A stretch of DNA of 64,000 nucleotides, taken from assembly GCF_009914755.1 (NCBI RefSeq), contig NC_060931.1; one strand, written 5' to 3'. Numbering within the stretch: the stretch's first letter is position 1; every line of letters starts with the position of its first letter. The notes below the pieces were generated by a model. That model was given only the letters and a program-made list of their open reading frames with translations, had not been told where the DNA came from and did not search any database. The position numbers were made by a program, and so were the translations under genes. This DNA comes from the human T2T-CHM13v2.0 reference genome, Homo sapiens. This document shows positions 1 to 26,124 of this stretch, piece by piece.

Positions 1-142
1 CCTCGCCTGACCTAAAAAAGTTTTAAATTTATTTTTATTTTTAATTATGGTAAAATAAACGTAACATAAAATTGACCATTTGAACATTTTTAAGTGTCCT
101 TTTCGGTGGCATCAAGCACATTCGCATTTTGTGCCACCATGA

Positions 143-890
<748 letters not shown>

Positions 891-997
891 TTTTTTCTTT
901 TTTAACTATACATCACCGTCCTGGGAGAATTTTACATGTTTCACATAAGTAGAATTAGACAGTATTGGTCCTTTTGTGTCTTGACAGTGAGCATAAT

Positions 998-1533
998 TGA
1001 AACTGCCCTCACAGGGTTAACCTGAACCACATGCCGCGTTCTGGGTGCAGATAGAGTTGTGATGAAGCATTCTTCAGGCTGCACTGTGGCCCAGTTCGTG
1101 GGTGCTGAAGTCCTGTAACCCTCGCCCTGGACCACGTGCAGCCCCAGTATTCCTACAGAGAGGATGGCTGATGTTAGCATTATGAGGCTCTTGTTTAAGA
1201 ATTGCCAAGTTGTGCCTCAACTCCTGGATTCCAGCAGAAAAGCTGACTCCGACCAGTGTGAAGACCCCACAGAGGAGCGGAGTCCGCCTGAGAATGCAGG
1301 TTCTTCCTCTCTCTGTCCCATGACTTCTCCCCGCGCTCTTCCACCCATCAATGATCTGGTCCCACACCTCGGCCCACCCTGACCCCCTGAAATCCCTAGC
1401 CCCAAACTCGCCAGGGGGCGGATTTGAGTTCTCCCTTCTGCTTGTTTGCAGGCCTTGGGATTAAAACTCTGTCCTCTGCAACCCTGGGTGTGGGTGTCTG
1501 AGTACTGACTCACTGTGCCCCGGGCCTGTTACA
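998..1533 (+). mobile_element. ERV1 solo LTR, MER49-like
   Basis: Starts TGAAACTGCCCTCACAGGGTT and ends GTTACA, with an internal ATTAAA. Resembles the recalled MER49 consensus. Confidence 0.65.
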
Positions 1534-1637
1534 GTCACAGTACATCCTCAGGGCCCGTCCATATTGTCGTCTGTGTCAGAAGCCCCTTCCTAGGATTGAA
1601 TAGTATTCCAAAATTGTTTGACTTTTTCAACCCATAA

Positions 1638-6346
<4,709 letters not shown>

Positions 6347-6347
6347 G

Positions 6348-6640
<293 letters not shown>

Positions 6641-7254
6641 TGATTGGCAGGAGAAAGGTGAAGCTCTTCACAGACTGTGAGTCAAATCTTGCCCCATGCT
6701 GCTTCAATCCCCCTGTGGCTTCCCTTTGGAGGTGGGGCAGGCCGAAGCCCCAGCCCTGTCTTCCTGGCCTTTCTCTCTCCAGACAGCCCCAGGCAGGTGC
6801 TGGGATCCTCGCTCTTCACTGCCTTGAATGCGCTGAGGCTGCTTTGCTGCAGGCCATCCCTCCCTGCTGTTCCTAGGCCCTAAGTACCTTCTTCAAACTC
6901 TGTCTTTTGGGTCTTGTTGGAGAAAAGAGTCAAACTCTGTAAAACAGTTGAAATTTATTCTGAGACAAATGAGTGACCATGGACTGGGGCAGGATCTCAA
7001 GAGGTCCTGATGCGTAAGGTGGTTGGGCTACAGCTTGGTTTTATATGTTTTAGGGGGACATAGGCCATCAATCAGCACATGTGAGATGTACATTGGTTCA
7101 GTCTGGAAAGGCGGGACAGCTGGCAGCGGTGGGGTGGGGACTCCAGGTCACAGATGGATTCAAAGATGCTCTGATTGGTAATTGGTCGAAAGAGTTAAGT
7201 CATATCTAGAGACCTGGATGACTAGAAAGGAATGTCCTGGTGAAGATAAAGGGT

Positions 7255-7941
<687 letters not shown>

Positions 7942-8436
7942 GGGGTTTTGGAGACCAAGGTTCTTCTCATGCAGATGAACCTCTCCAGGTAGCAGGCTTC
8001 AGAGACAATAGATCGCAGTTGTTCCTTATCAGAAGGTGCCAGGCTCTTAGTTAATTATCTCCTTGATCAGGAAAAGATCTAGAAAGGGAAGGTGATTCTC
8101 TACAGAATATAGATTTTCCCCACAAAAGACAGCTTTGCAGTCCACTTTAAAATATGTCAAAGAAAAATATCTTGGAGTAAAATACTTCCATTTCTTTCAG
8201 GATCAGCCACCTGCCATGTTGATACCCTGTGGCTGCAAAGGGTCTGCTTTGTCCTTCTTCAGGTCTCTGTTTCAGTGTTAATCTGGTCAGCCGTGCCTGA
8301 ACTCCAAAGTGAAGAGGGCAGAATGAGGGGAGTCTGACCACCCCTTCCCATCATGGCCTGAGCTAGCGTTTCAGGTTTACTTTGGAATGTCCTTGGCTGA
8401 GAGGAGGGGTCCATTTAGTTGACTGGGGGCCTTTGA

Positions 8437-8888
<452 letters not shown>

Positions 8889-8894
8889 GTGATG

Positions 8895-9650
8895 TGAAAC
8901 CACCTTTGCAAAATTATGACAGCAAAAGAAATCTGCCACAGCTGACTCCATCTTGCTTCTAAGCGCTAAGCTGTCTTCCTTCATTCCTGGGTTTAGGCCA
9001 AGCTAACCTTGGGAGGAATTTAGTTTATAGTTTAACTTGAAAGCAAGGATAATAATTGTCCCTCCCTAAAACTAAATCCCTCCTTGCCCAGGGACTCAAA
9101 ACTGCCTTTGTAAGACTAAGGAAAGGCCACGAGATTAGGCTTGTGGGGGGGAACTGAATTCTGCTAAAATGTACATATAGCTTCTATAATCTCTTCCTGT
9201 TCAAGAGTCATGCGGCCAGAGGTCACAGGATCTGTGATTTCCCAAATTGCTCCTATAGATAACATCACTCTTATAGAACCTAAGATTGGCCTTTGAGATT
9301 TTTTCAGACTTTCTGGCAATGGACTGATCCCATCCAGATTCATGACTCGTGCCTCAGTCAGTCCTGGGGCCCCACTCAGAGGTGGACTCAGTGCATGAAG
9401 AGTGTTTTCCATGCCCCTGTGATTTCATCCCCAGCCAATCAGCAGCACCCATTCCCCAGGCCCCTGCCCACCAAGTTGTCCCTAAAAACCCTAAGCTCTG
9501 AGTTCTTGGGGAGACTGACTTGAGTAGCAACTCCGTCTCCCATGTGGCCAGCCTCACATCAATTAAACTCTTTCTTTACTGCAATGCTGTGGTCTCAGTG
9601 AATTGATTTTGTCTGTGCAGCAGGTAGGAAGAACCCATTAGACAACTACA
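8895..9650 (+). mobile_element. LTR8-family ERV1 solo LTR
   Basis: Starts TGAAACCACCTTTGCAAAATTATGAC, has ATTAAA near 9562, ends ACTACA. Confidence 0.8.
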
Positions 9651-9899
9651 ATGATCTTCTCTTCCTCTGCAGAAGGAAGCTAGATCTACATGAATAAGGA
9701 CCTAGTTTTTCTAGTCCAGAGTTTGGTTGGGCATGGCACAGGTGCACTGGAGACCCACCTGTTACCCTCGTACCTGAAGCTGGGTGAGCCCCCAGTGCAG
9801 AAGGTGGAGAGTGAAGGGCTGAGCAGGGAGGGTCAAGAGGTGAACACCCAAGTGTACCAAATTTCCCTTCTCACCACTTAGGAAGGAGTTTGGGAAGCT

Positions 9900-10617
9900 A
9901 AACCAAAGGCTGTGAGCGTGAATGAAATCTCACTTGCCTTTACTAAATTTAGGCAACTTGTCCATGTGTGTGATTCCTCTGGCTTTATCAATGAGCAGGC
10001 AGGAGAGGCAGAATGGCAGGGCAGGAGAGTGGTTTGCACTGGATGGAGGGGCCCGGGACTGCAGCCGACCAGGGACCCTTTGCGCCTTGATGCCTTGCGT
10101 GAGTCCAGCTGTAGTTACCTGAACAAGCGAAGCCTGGGGTTCCTGCTCCTAATCAAAGTGTGTGGCTATCTGCCCCATTAATGCGCTAGTGTTTTGCCAG
10201 ACCCCTATTGACTCCAACAGGGAGGGCACTGTGTCCCAGAGGCTGAAGAATAGACTTGGAATCAGTGAGTGGGGCATAAGGGTTATTGAAAACTTACATA
10301 CAGGGCAGTCCAGGAGCGGTAGGCTGGACAGGAAAACTCTACTGGGTGTAAAAAGCAAGCAGTTTATGTGACATTTTCCCTTAGCGCCCTCTCCTAGCAA
10401 CCTTCATTTAACCCAAAACAGTGGGCCTCGATCCCCTGTTAAGTCTGTGTTCCAAGGAATGGCCAGGCGTTTGGAGGTCCTTCATAGATGGAGAGAGAAC
10501 CTCCCGGTTGGCCACCCCCAGATTCCTTCGCTCAGGACGCTGAACACACACCCTTCTTAGACCACAGCTTCATTCTCAGGTTATGTTGAGTCATTGCTGT
10601 CAGGTGCATCTGCATCA
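9900..10617 (-). mobile_element. ERVL LTR, MER54/MER74-like (left boundary uncertain)
   Basis: Minus strand reads GCAGATGCACCTGACAGCAAT...TTTTGGGTTAAATGAAGGTTGC, typical of this family as recalled. Confidence 0.55.
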
Positions 10618-10883
10618 GGTAACCTCTAATGCTCTGTAGCCACCACCTTGACTGGCAGCAACTGGAACGTTTCTGTAGAATGAAGTCTATTGTCTAGATT
10701 TTGTTTCTGGAGTATGTTCAGTAATTCAGAAAGAGCAAGTTACTTGTCACTCAGGGAACTTACAAGTGGTTTGTTAGAGAAGGGTATCGTGACTCATGAA
10801 CTCTCCTGAGAACTCTTTAGGGTGGTCGGCCCTAGAGTAAGCAAGTGTGGCTGGAAAATAGAAAACCTAAGGAGTGAAAAGGA

Positions 10884-11178
10884 GGCTGGGCGTGGCGGCT
10901 CATGCCTGGAATCCCAGAAGTTTGGGAGGCCGAGGAGGATGGATCACCTGAGGTCAGGAGTTCCAGCTTGACTAACATGGTGAAACCCCATCTCTACTAA
11001 AAATACAAACATTAGTGAGGTGTGGTGGTGCATGCCTGCAATCCCAGCCACCTGGGAAGCTAAGGCAGAAGAATCACTTGAACCTGGGAGGCGGAGGTTG
11101 CAGTGAACCAAAATCGTGCCATTGCGCTACAGCCTGGGCAACAACAGTGAAGCTCCATCTCAAAAAAAAAAAAAAAAA
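10884..11178 (+). mobile_element. AluS
   Basis: Sense Alu with A-tail and flanking GTGAAAAG repeats. Confidence 0.9.
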
Positions 11179-11687
11179 GTGAAAAGCAGAGAACCCTTCT
11201 AGTTACACTGTACTCACATGATCATCACACCCTTCCTTGGATCTTGCCAATATGAAGAAAATAAAAATGGCTCCCACATATTGAGCACGTACTATACCTT
11301 AAACAAACACTTTACGTGTATTAGCTTAAGTCGTACCACAACCCTATAAGTAAGGATTATTGGAGAATTAAAATGATGAGTTTGATTACCCAATGTTACA
11401 CAGCTAATATACCACAGACTGGGGTTCAAATCTAAGTCTGTGTGGCTCCCAGGTCTGTCCCTTAAGTAGAAATACCACCCTCACTTAGCAACAGAAGTTT
11501 AGGATTATCTAAAGATCTCTAACCAAAGGTATGGTCTGATATCAAGGGTGCAACTCCCTCCCTTAGGAAGTTTGGAAAAAAGCAAGTCCTAAAGAATATT
11601 TGTAGCAAGATATCATCTATCTTACTATAGATTTTTAATTTAAAAATCTTAACTAAAATAATAATTTGATTTAAACTATTATTTTAG

Positions 11688-11924
<237 letters not shown>

Positions 11925-12126
11925 TGACAGCATTTCTACCTTACTCTCTGCCTGAACCAAAATGAGGTGGCAAAGTCACAGGAACAGAAGTCCTGCTTTT
12001 GGTGAGACTACAAGACACCTGGAACCTGAATCACAGTGTAGAAGAACGTCAGCAGACAGTGGACGCAAACATGACCCCACAGAGCGGACAGTCTGGAGCA
12101 GCCAGTGGATCCCTCCACATGACCTG

Positions 12127-12880
<754 letters not shown>

Positions 12881-13150
12881 TTTTCGATAGGTCATTTTAA
12901 GGACTTTATTAGTCGCTGTTTGGTTTACATCCAATAAGGACAAGGGAACAACCACAGGTGCTGACCCAGGGCACGGTTGGGGCCACGCAGGACTGGTTAA
13001 CGGGTAAGGACTACTTAGACCCCCAGTTCCTAGCCCCTACAGTTAGGCAGTCACTCTTTCCCATCCATTTACGGGTTTAGAGTTTTAATTTATAACAGTG
13101 GAACTGGAGAGATTCCAGTTTGGGAACCAGGCTGACGGAAGGACAGATGT

Positions 13151-13902
13151 TGAAGCAGGATGTTTCCCTGACCTCTTTGCCCGCGGGAACTGAAGTGCGT
13201 GGGCACCAGCAGGGGCCAACTCCACTCACTTCCTGCTCCACCCCTCGTGGGAGCACAGGTGCACATGTGCAGGAGTCGGGGTGGGTGCTTTGGGTGCGGC
13301 AAGAGCGAACTCCATACCAGCCCTCCCGGCAGTGTCTAAAGGAGGATGCCTGCAACCCCTGAAGCCCCAGAGGAAGTGTTACAGTGCCCTTTTAGCTTTG
13401 CCATCCATGGCTTAAGTGTTAACAGCTCAGCAGAGGGTCAGTGTGACAGCCTTTTGCACCCACACTTGTAGCACTTGAGTTCTTGTCTGGCGCCCAGGAG
13501 GAATGAGGTTGCATGAATGACTTGAAGGTGGTAAATGCAGGACATTTTGTTGCTGATGAAAGTGGCTCTCAGTGGTAAGGGGAGCTGAAAAGGGGACGAA
13601 GTGGGAAGGTAATCTCTCTGAAGCTATGCCATCAAGTTGTTCCCCTGAACTCAAGCCACTTCTCTCCAACATCCAGCTGCTTCTCCTCTCCCTGCCAGCT
13701 TAACCAGGGGTTTTTAATGGGCACAGGACCACTGGTGAGGCGGGCCATGGGTGGTTTTGGAAAAGGCGACATTGGAGCTGGAAAACACAGATGTATGTTC
13801 TCACTTTGGGCCACAGTACGAGGTTTTGAGGCTTGAGGGTGGGGCCCTCACTGGAGACCTGCCCTCCTCTGCCCAGAACGTCCCTGCCTCCTGTCCTTAT
13901 CA
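13151..13902 (-). mobile_element. ERV1 solo LTR of the LTR27/LTR28/MER52 group
   Basis: Minus strand starts TGATAAGGACAGGAGGCAGGG and ends CCTGCTTCA. Near-TSD ATGT/ATAT. Confidence 0.7.
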
Positions 13903-14236
13903 ATATTTGGTGAGTTAAGTATTTTTAATTTCTTTGGGTATGATAATGGAACTGTAGTTATGGTTTACCAAAAACCCAGTCCTTATCTTTTAGCAATACA
14001 TCCTGAAATGTTTATGGGCAAAATGGCGCAATGTGTGGGGCTGGCTTTAAAATAAGCTGGGTGGGAAGAGGGTGCAGGTACAGGGAGAAGGTGGCTGTGG
14101 AGGAGACAAAGTGAGGGATGCACTGGTGGCTGCTGGGGCTGAGTGATTGGCATGTGAGGATTTATTAAGCTCATCTCTCTACTTCTGTAGATGTTTAGAA
14201 TTTTCTGCAATAAGATGCTTAAAAAAATTAAATGAT

Positions 14237-14541
<305 letters not shown>

Positions 14542-15179
14542 TTAACTGGGCAGAACAAAACAGTAACCCACAGCCACCACTTCAGAACAGTCATGGAGGT
14601 GAGGGACCCGGGGAAGCAGAATCCAGACCGGGTGCCTTCGACAGAGAGGCTTTACCCAGTGTTACCCGAGGAGTGGCTCATCGACCGGGGCAGGGCTGGC
14701 CCAGAACCTGTGCAGCAGCAGGGAAGTTCTGCAAAGGAAGAAAGAGATTCTATAAGGGAGGAAGAAACGGGGAGGACAGGGGCAAACAGATGGCCAGCAT
14801 GGCCCCACATGGGCGTGCTTTGCTCAATGATCTCCTAATCTTGAAAAGTAAGGAAAAAGGCTCCCTTTGAAACATGACTGAAATAATTTTAGGACAATAA
14901 CAAGGCATCATGATATTAATATAAAGAAAGAGAATTGGAAATTGCATCCACCTGGGTAATTTTCTCTCCTCGCTGAGATTAAATTTTCTAATCTGTAAAA
15001 TGAGGGGGTTGGACAAGATCCATGGCTATCAATCTTCATCCTACTTAATACTGAGCTATTTACTATCCGTATGTCAGTCTTTGCACCTCAAAAATACATA
15101 AAATATCTTAAAGTAATCATATTTCCCCAGGAAAAATATAATCAAAAACCTACTTAGCAAATTTAATTTGAAAGATGAT

Positions 15180-15430
15180 GAGGCAGGAGGATCAGTTGAG
15201 GCCAGGAGTTTGAGATGAAGCTGGGCAACATAGTGAGACCCTGTCTCTACAAAAAAAATTTAAAATTAGCTGGGCATAGTGGTACATACTTGTAGTACCA
15301 GCTACTTGGGAGACTGAGGCAGGAGGATTGCTTCAGTCTAGGAGTCAAAGGCTGCAGTGAGCTGTTATCATGTTACTGAACTCCAGCCTGAGTCACAGAG
15401 TGATATCCTGTGTCTAAAAATATAATAAAA
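15180..15430 (+). mobile_element. AluJ, 5'-truncated
   Basis: Sense Alu sequence. Confidence 0.8.
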
Positions 15431-15444
15431 AGTTGAAAGATGAG

Positions 15445-15823
15445 GGATGTAGTTTGGCTGTGTCCCCACCCAAATCTCATCTTGAATTGTAGTTCCCATA
15501 ATCCCCACCTGTGGCAGGAGGGACTTGGTGGGAGGTGGTTGAATCATGGGGGTGGTTTCCCCCATGTTGTTTTTGTGGTAGTGAGTAAGTTCTCACAAGA
15601 TCTGATGGTGTTATAAGGGGCTTCCCCCTTCACTCGGCTCTCATTCTTCTCCCTCCTGCTGCCATGTGAAGGAGGACATGTTTGCTTCCCCTTCTACCAT
15701 GATGGGTAAGTTTCCCAAGGCCTCTCCAGCCATGCTAACCCGTGAGTCAATTAAACCTCCTTCCTTCATAAACTACCCAGTCTCAGGGATGTCCTTTTAG
15801 CAGGGTAAGAACAGACAAATACA
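15445..15823 (+). mobile_element. THE1C-like MaLR solo LTR
   Basis: THE1 consensus sequence with a perfect 5-bp TSD ATGAG (15440-44 and 15824-28). Confidence 0.88.
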
Positions 15824-16289
15824 ATGAGCCACGGATGGATGAAGGGGGCTTGCTTTCTAGTGTGGCATTGGACAATTGGATGTGCATTCATGGCTCTGCA
15901 TTTGGTTTATTATTGTTCTCTGTTTTCCATGTAGAAATGACTGCAAAACCCAGACTTCAGGATATCACTAGCTTGTCATTAAAAATGTTTAAGTTTAAAT
16001 CTCTATTGCATAATAATTCCGCAATTTTTAAAATTACCAAATCAGGGTTTATGATCTGAAAAAGACTGTGAATTTTCAGTTTCACGAGGAAAACCCCCAT
16101 GTGTGTGGAGTCTTATGCTGCACCTCATTGGCCATCAGTCTTGTGATTTTCCTGTGAAAAGTTGTCATGGGTGGAGAAGAAACTAAATCAACCTTTGTTT
16201 TCTCATCCATACCATATCTGAATTTTCTTTTCTTGTGGCTATGATTTTGCCATGGCAGAGAAGATGTTTTGCCTTAAAAATGTAGGTTT

Positions 16290-17772
<1,483 letters not shown>

Positions 17773-18200
17773 TTAGGTTTAGCTCATTCTTGTTAAAAAA
17801 TGGTGAATCTGATAGGAAGGTAAAACTGCAGTCAGGTAACTATCTTCTGTTCAGTGGGTAATGAACACACCAAATGCAAAGAAGCCACAAAGAACCAATG
17901 CATGAATGCTACAGTATTCTAAGTACAGCCCCACTTCAATCAGCAGCTACTCCTTAGTACTTCGCTTTGATTCAATGGCTATGCATTGTGGAGTCTCACA
18001 TCTCTGCAGGTTATACACAGTGCTTGGCTTTCTGGGACCCAGGTTTTATACAATTTACTATGTGGATCGCGCCCTCTAGTCCATCCTCGCCAAGACTGTG
18101 AGAGTCTTCTATATTGTGGATTGTCAGCAGTGATGAACAGAGTGAGCCACTGCACAATGAATTTCCCAGCTTTCTTTGAGGTCCCACCAGGAGAAACTAA

Positions 18201-19038
<838 letters not shown>

Positions 19039-20118
19039 TTGGTTTGTAAACTGTAAGCAAACATCATCTTTTGCTTTTAATGGAGAATCACTTGGATGTC
19101 CATTCAACCTCATTAGGCCTCATTTTCATGTTGGACTCAAATTTTCTCAAGGTCTTATCCAGCTCCAACATTTGGGCTAGGTTGATTAAGGACAGCTTCA
19201 TGGAGGAATCAGCACTTTAGGCCCTTCGGGTCTCCCAAGAAAGACTGCACTTAGCCATTTAAAAATTAAGGAAAAGACTGAAACAGGAGGCAGAAACGAC
19301 CATCAAAGGCACAGAGGTGCAGGTGAGCCTCTGAGCACTTAACTCCAGAGAAGCTGCCCCTGGGTGGGGAGCACACAGTCACTGTGCAAGGGTTACTTGC
19401 ATCAGCCAAGCTAGCACGCGGTGTCACATCAGTATTGTTAGTTTGAATGTTAATGGTTTGGCAGTTTTGTTTATTTTTAATTTGTGAATTATTTTACTTC
19501 TATGTTTGCACGATGACATGAAGCATCAGAAGCTTATAATGAGTTTACATTTACACGTTTAAGGAAAATTGTACTCAAAATAATGCGGAGGGTACATGAG
19601 AAATATTACCTTTACATGTAATCTACTGGATAGTACAATTGTGTCCCCCCAGATCCCTTCTCTCCCTTCCTAATCATCTAGCTGCAGAAGGGATTGAGCC
19701 ATCCTCAACTGCCAGAATCACCCTGATTTCTTCAATTCTTCCTCTCTGCCACTGATTGGTTAAGTTCTAGCCAATCAGCACATGGCATTTCCCTAGTCAA
19801 TGGGATTGGCTCCAAATGGGCACATGACCCAATGGGAGGGCAGACATGCCAGTAGAGGTGTGTGGGGCTCGCTCTAAAAGATAGCTTCTCTTCTGGAGTT
19901 GTTCTTTGAAGAGCTACTGAGGGCTGCCACTTTCTCCCTTTCTGGTATATGTCCATAAAAGCTGGAACTGCTTCTGCTGCTGTTTTGCAGATGTGTAGAA
20001 GACCAGTGCTAGAGGGAAGCAGGGCAGTAGCACAGGAAAGCACATACTTACCTGTCTGGGCAGCTGAGTCATCATACCCATCCTGAAGCCCACTCATTTC
20101 TTGGACAATCTAGTGTGA

Positions 20119-21290
<1,172 letters not shown>

Positions 21291-23478
21291 AAAATATATA
21301 TTACTTTTCTTACTATAACACAGGTTTGATAATACCTGCTTGATGGATTATTACAGGGATTAATGAGAAAATATAAGTAAAATTATTTTGTAAGCTGTAA
21401 AGCTCTATACAAATGTGAATGATTATTTTAATTTAGTATTTTAAACTTCAAAACCAAATTGATACAACTGATCATTTAAGTCCAGGAGGTAACTACTTCC
21501 CTCTTGCTTCTAATGCCTGACAATGAGGAACAGAACTGGGGTTGAGGCTGCTCTCCAGGGAAGGCGGCTGATGCATCAAAGAAGGTCATGTTTTATTTGT
21601 AAATTGGGCAATGGGTCCTTGGAACTTGGTATTTTATCCTTTTAGTCATTTTGTATGTCCAAAATATTTCATCATAAATTTAAATCAATCCCTTCCCTTG
21701 CTTTTCTATTAATACGTGAGGCACTGGGTTGGGAGAAGTCGGATAGGGTCCCTTCATACCAGCTGGGAAGTTTCTGTGGTGACTGCTCCATTGGGTAAGA
21801 TTTTAGCTTTGTTGATCAGCCCGTCTGATCAACAGGACCAGTTGCTGGGAGGTTAGAAGGAGCAGTGGACGGCCACTTGGCCATAAGCATCACACGGAGA
21901 GGGGCCTTGTCTCTGTTGCTGTGTCTCCAGCTCCTGGCGCACAGCCCACGTGTGTCTGCTGAGTGCGGGCAGCCCTGGAGTGGGGTCTTTGCCTTCTCCT
22001 CCTGTCTGTTTCTCCTGTTCTTCTGGGCCCCTAGATGATCCCACGTCTTCATGTCCTGGCAGTTGGGTGGTTCTAGGGACCGTGGGATAAGATTGCCAAC
22101 GGGCCTGTGTGGGAGGGCCGTGTGCCACTTCTCATCACCCTGAGACCATCGTGTTCTTGTCCCCACTGTAGAGATGGAGGCACGAGAGCTGGGCAGGCTG
22201 ACCTGCCGAGTGGCCGCGGCGGACACTGTCCTAGAGAGCCGTCCAGACTCCCAGCAGACCTTGCATTAGCACCAGGTAAACCTAGGGGTTGTTTGTACCT
22301 GAGCATGACGTAGCCTGCCCTGACAATTTCATGCTCCTGTCAAGAAGCGTGAGCTCCTGCATCCACACACAGCGGTTCTCGGGAGGAAAAGCATCACAGG
22401 CAAGGCAAGGGAGAGGAAGAGGAAGGTACATTTTAATAACAAACGGTTGAGGCTTTAAGTGAAATGGAAGATCTTTATGTGAAAAACGGTTGAGATCTGG
22501 TGATAATTTGAAAGTAAAATCCATGGTCCTTGTTTCTGTAACGGCAGTTTGAGGAAGCTGCATGTTCACAATGACCGTGCCGGCCTTCCTAGTGAAGGTG
22601 TCTACCGACTAGGACTAAAGCCATGGTGACATAAAAGAGATTTTCATAACTAAACAGTTCTTTAAATGTGTGTCATTGAGCACCCGATGTGGCTTCCAAG
22701 ATAGTTCAGCGGGACACAGGGTAAGGTGTGGAGGCAAAAGTGCGTCTCGCCCAGACCCAGCGGTCGAGAGGGCTCTGTGGCCACCTCCACCAGCTTCTTA
22801 GCCACCGGCCATTTCAATCCAGGTGAGCACAGCACAGATGGGCAGGATTCTAACTCCCCTGCACCTCTGTCTGGAAATCTCTGGAACTGACTAGAAAGTG
22901 GTTCTGGAAACTTCTCTAGAGATTGTCTATGCAGGCCTAAGCACTGCAAATGGTACTGGCAGAGCCCAGCTTGGAGATTTTCCTGAGGTTAGACCCGCTG
23001 GCCCTGCTGCACAACCAACTACCCAGCACTTGGTGGCCCAAAAGCAAAACACATTTGGTGCCCAGCTGCTGCGGGCCAGGGGCTGCCGCGGGCCAGGGGC
23101 TTGGGGATGGCTTCGCTGGGTGCTTCTCTCTCAGGGCCTCTGGCGAGGCTGCAGTCAAGAGGCCGGCTGTGGCTGCATTTGCCAAAGGCTCAACGGAGGC
23201 AGGTGGGCCCACCTCAGGATGGCCCCGTTGTGGGGGTTGGAGCTGGAGGCCTCGGCTCTGTGCCGCGTGGGGCCCTCTGTGCACTGCCTGAGTATGCTCC
23301 CTGTGTGGTGTTTGCGTTCTCCAGGGTGCATGACCCAAGAGAGGGAGCACACAGGAAGCTGAGTGCCTCGCGTGAATGTGTCTCCGAGGCCCACACTGCG
23401 GAGTCCAGGTTTCTTCTACTCAGCAGAAAAGAGCAGCTAAATCCAACCTGTGCTCCAGGGGAGGGGCATAGGCGCCAT

Positions 23479-24313
<835 letters not shown>

Positions 24314-24519
24314 TATTTTAAATGCCATAAGATTTAATTGGCTAATATTTAACAATAACTATAATGTGCCAAGTACTAAGCTACATTTAGAAAAACAAAT
24401 TGTCTAATCAAATGGTTGGTGTGATCATCTCTGAGTTACACACGAGCAGACAGACCTCAGAGGTGGCCTGACTTGCTCATACAGGCAGTACCTGAGATTT
24501 GAACCTTGGTCCTTTGATG

Positions 24520-25040
24520 CTGTAGTAACTATGTTGTTTATTTTCTGTATCTGATGCTCTGACACCTGGGGCCTGTTGACCCTGGGAGGCTGCCTCTCCC
24601 ACAAACAGCCAGTTCCTGGATAGCGAACACTTGCCCACCCCACGCAGGCTTTCCATGTGCAAACCCTGCAATGCAGAGCCCACACCTGCCACCTCCTCTG
24701 TGGGCTCACACCCCAGGCCACTGTTCACCCACACTTGTCAACCCTGGGTAGGGACCAGACGCGGGGCAGCCCCTGGCCCCAGAGGGCTGTAATTATTCAA
24801 GCTGGGCAGTCCTGGGCCTGCTGACCCTGCCTTGGCCTCCCTTATTGTGGAAACCACAATAGAGGCTCCTGCTCGGTTCCCCCACCCCCCAGCATCCCGA
24901 CCAACCCTGGCGCATCCCTGTGTGGCCCCTGTGGTGCGACCTGCCCTCCTCTCAGGATCTGTGAGTAACAAGCCATCTTTTCAATGGCAGCCATCCTGGA
25001 TCTGTTGCCCTCACCATGCTGAACCATAAGCAAGCCTGTT
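24520..25040 (+). mobile_element. MER39-like ERV1 LTR
   Basis: TCTGATGCTCTGACACCTGGGGCC...GGAAACCACAATA matches the recalled family sequence. Confidence 0.6.
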
Positions 25041-25709
25041 GAAGACAGACAAACAGATGCCTGGCCTGGTCCTCCCCGCCGCCCCCTCCCTGCTGCCCCC
25101 TGGACACTTGCTGCTCCAGTGTGCACCATGGTGAGGGCACAGGGAGGCACCACCTGCATAGATCTCACAACAGCACATGGAGAGCTCTGCGCCAGGCCTT
25201 GGGTGCTTCTGGATTCCTTGCAGCTGGTGATTATTTCAGGCCCGCTGCTGCCTCTAGCCATGGCTCTTCAATGAACTTGTATCGGAAGAGATTTACTACT
25301 CTAACTAGATCTGTATCTCAATTTAATGAAAATGTTAAGGATACTTTGATGGTCTTGCGCCAGTGTAATTTTAAATGAAATGTCTTCACTCTTTGGCAGC
25401 CTGCACTGCTCAGGTGTTTAACTATCAGAAAGTGCTTAAGTGAAGTGCTCTTTGCAATACTGTCTTTACATCAGCTTGTTTTACAGCATTTTTTTCCCCA
25501 GAGTAAACAAAATAAGTTTTGTGGGTATCTTTGAGGCAAAGCCTCATCTGTGTTGCTAGAAATTAAACCCTGGCCACCATAGGTTACAAAGTGGTGCATC
25601 TTGGGGGAGACACCAGGCCTGGTGCTTCTTTCTAAGCTTTGGTTTCCACGTTTGTAAAATGTGGGTAATAACGTTTCCCTCATAGGACTGCTCTACGCAC
25701 ATAAGTTTA

Positions 25710-26124
<415 letters not shown>

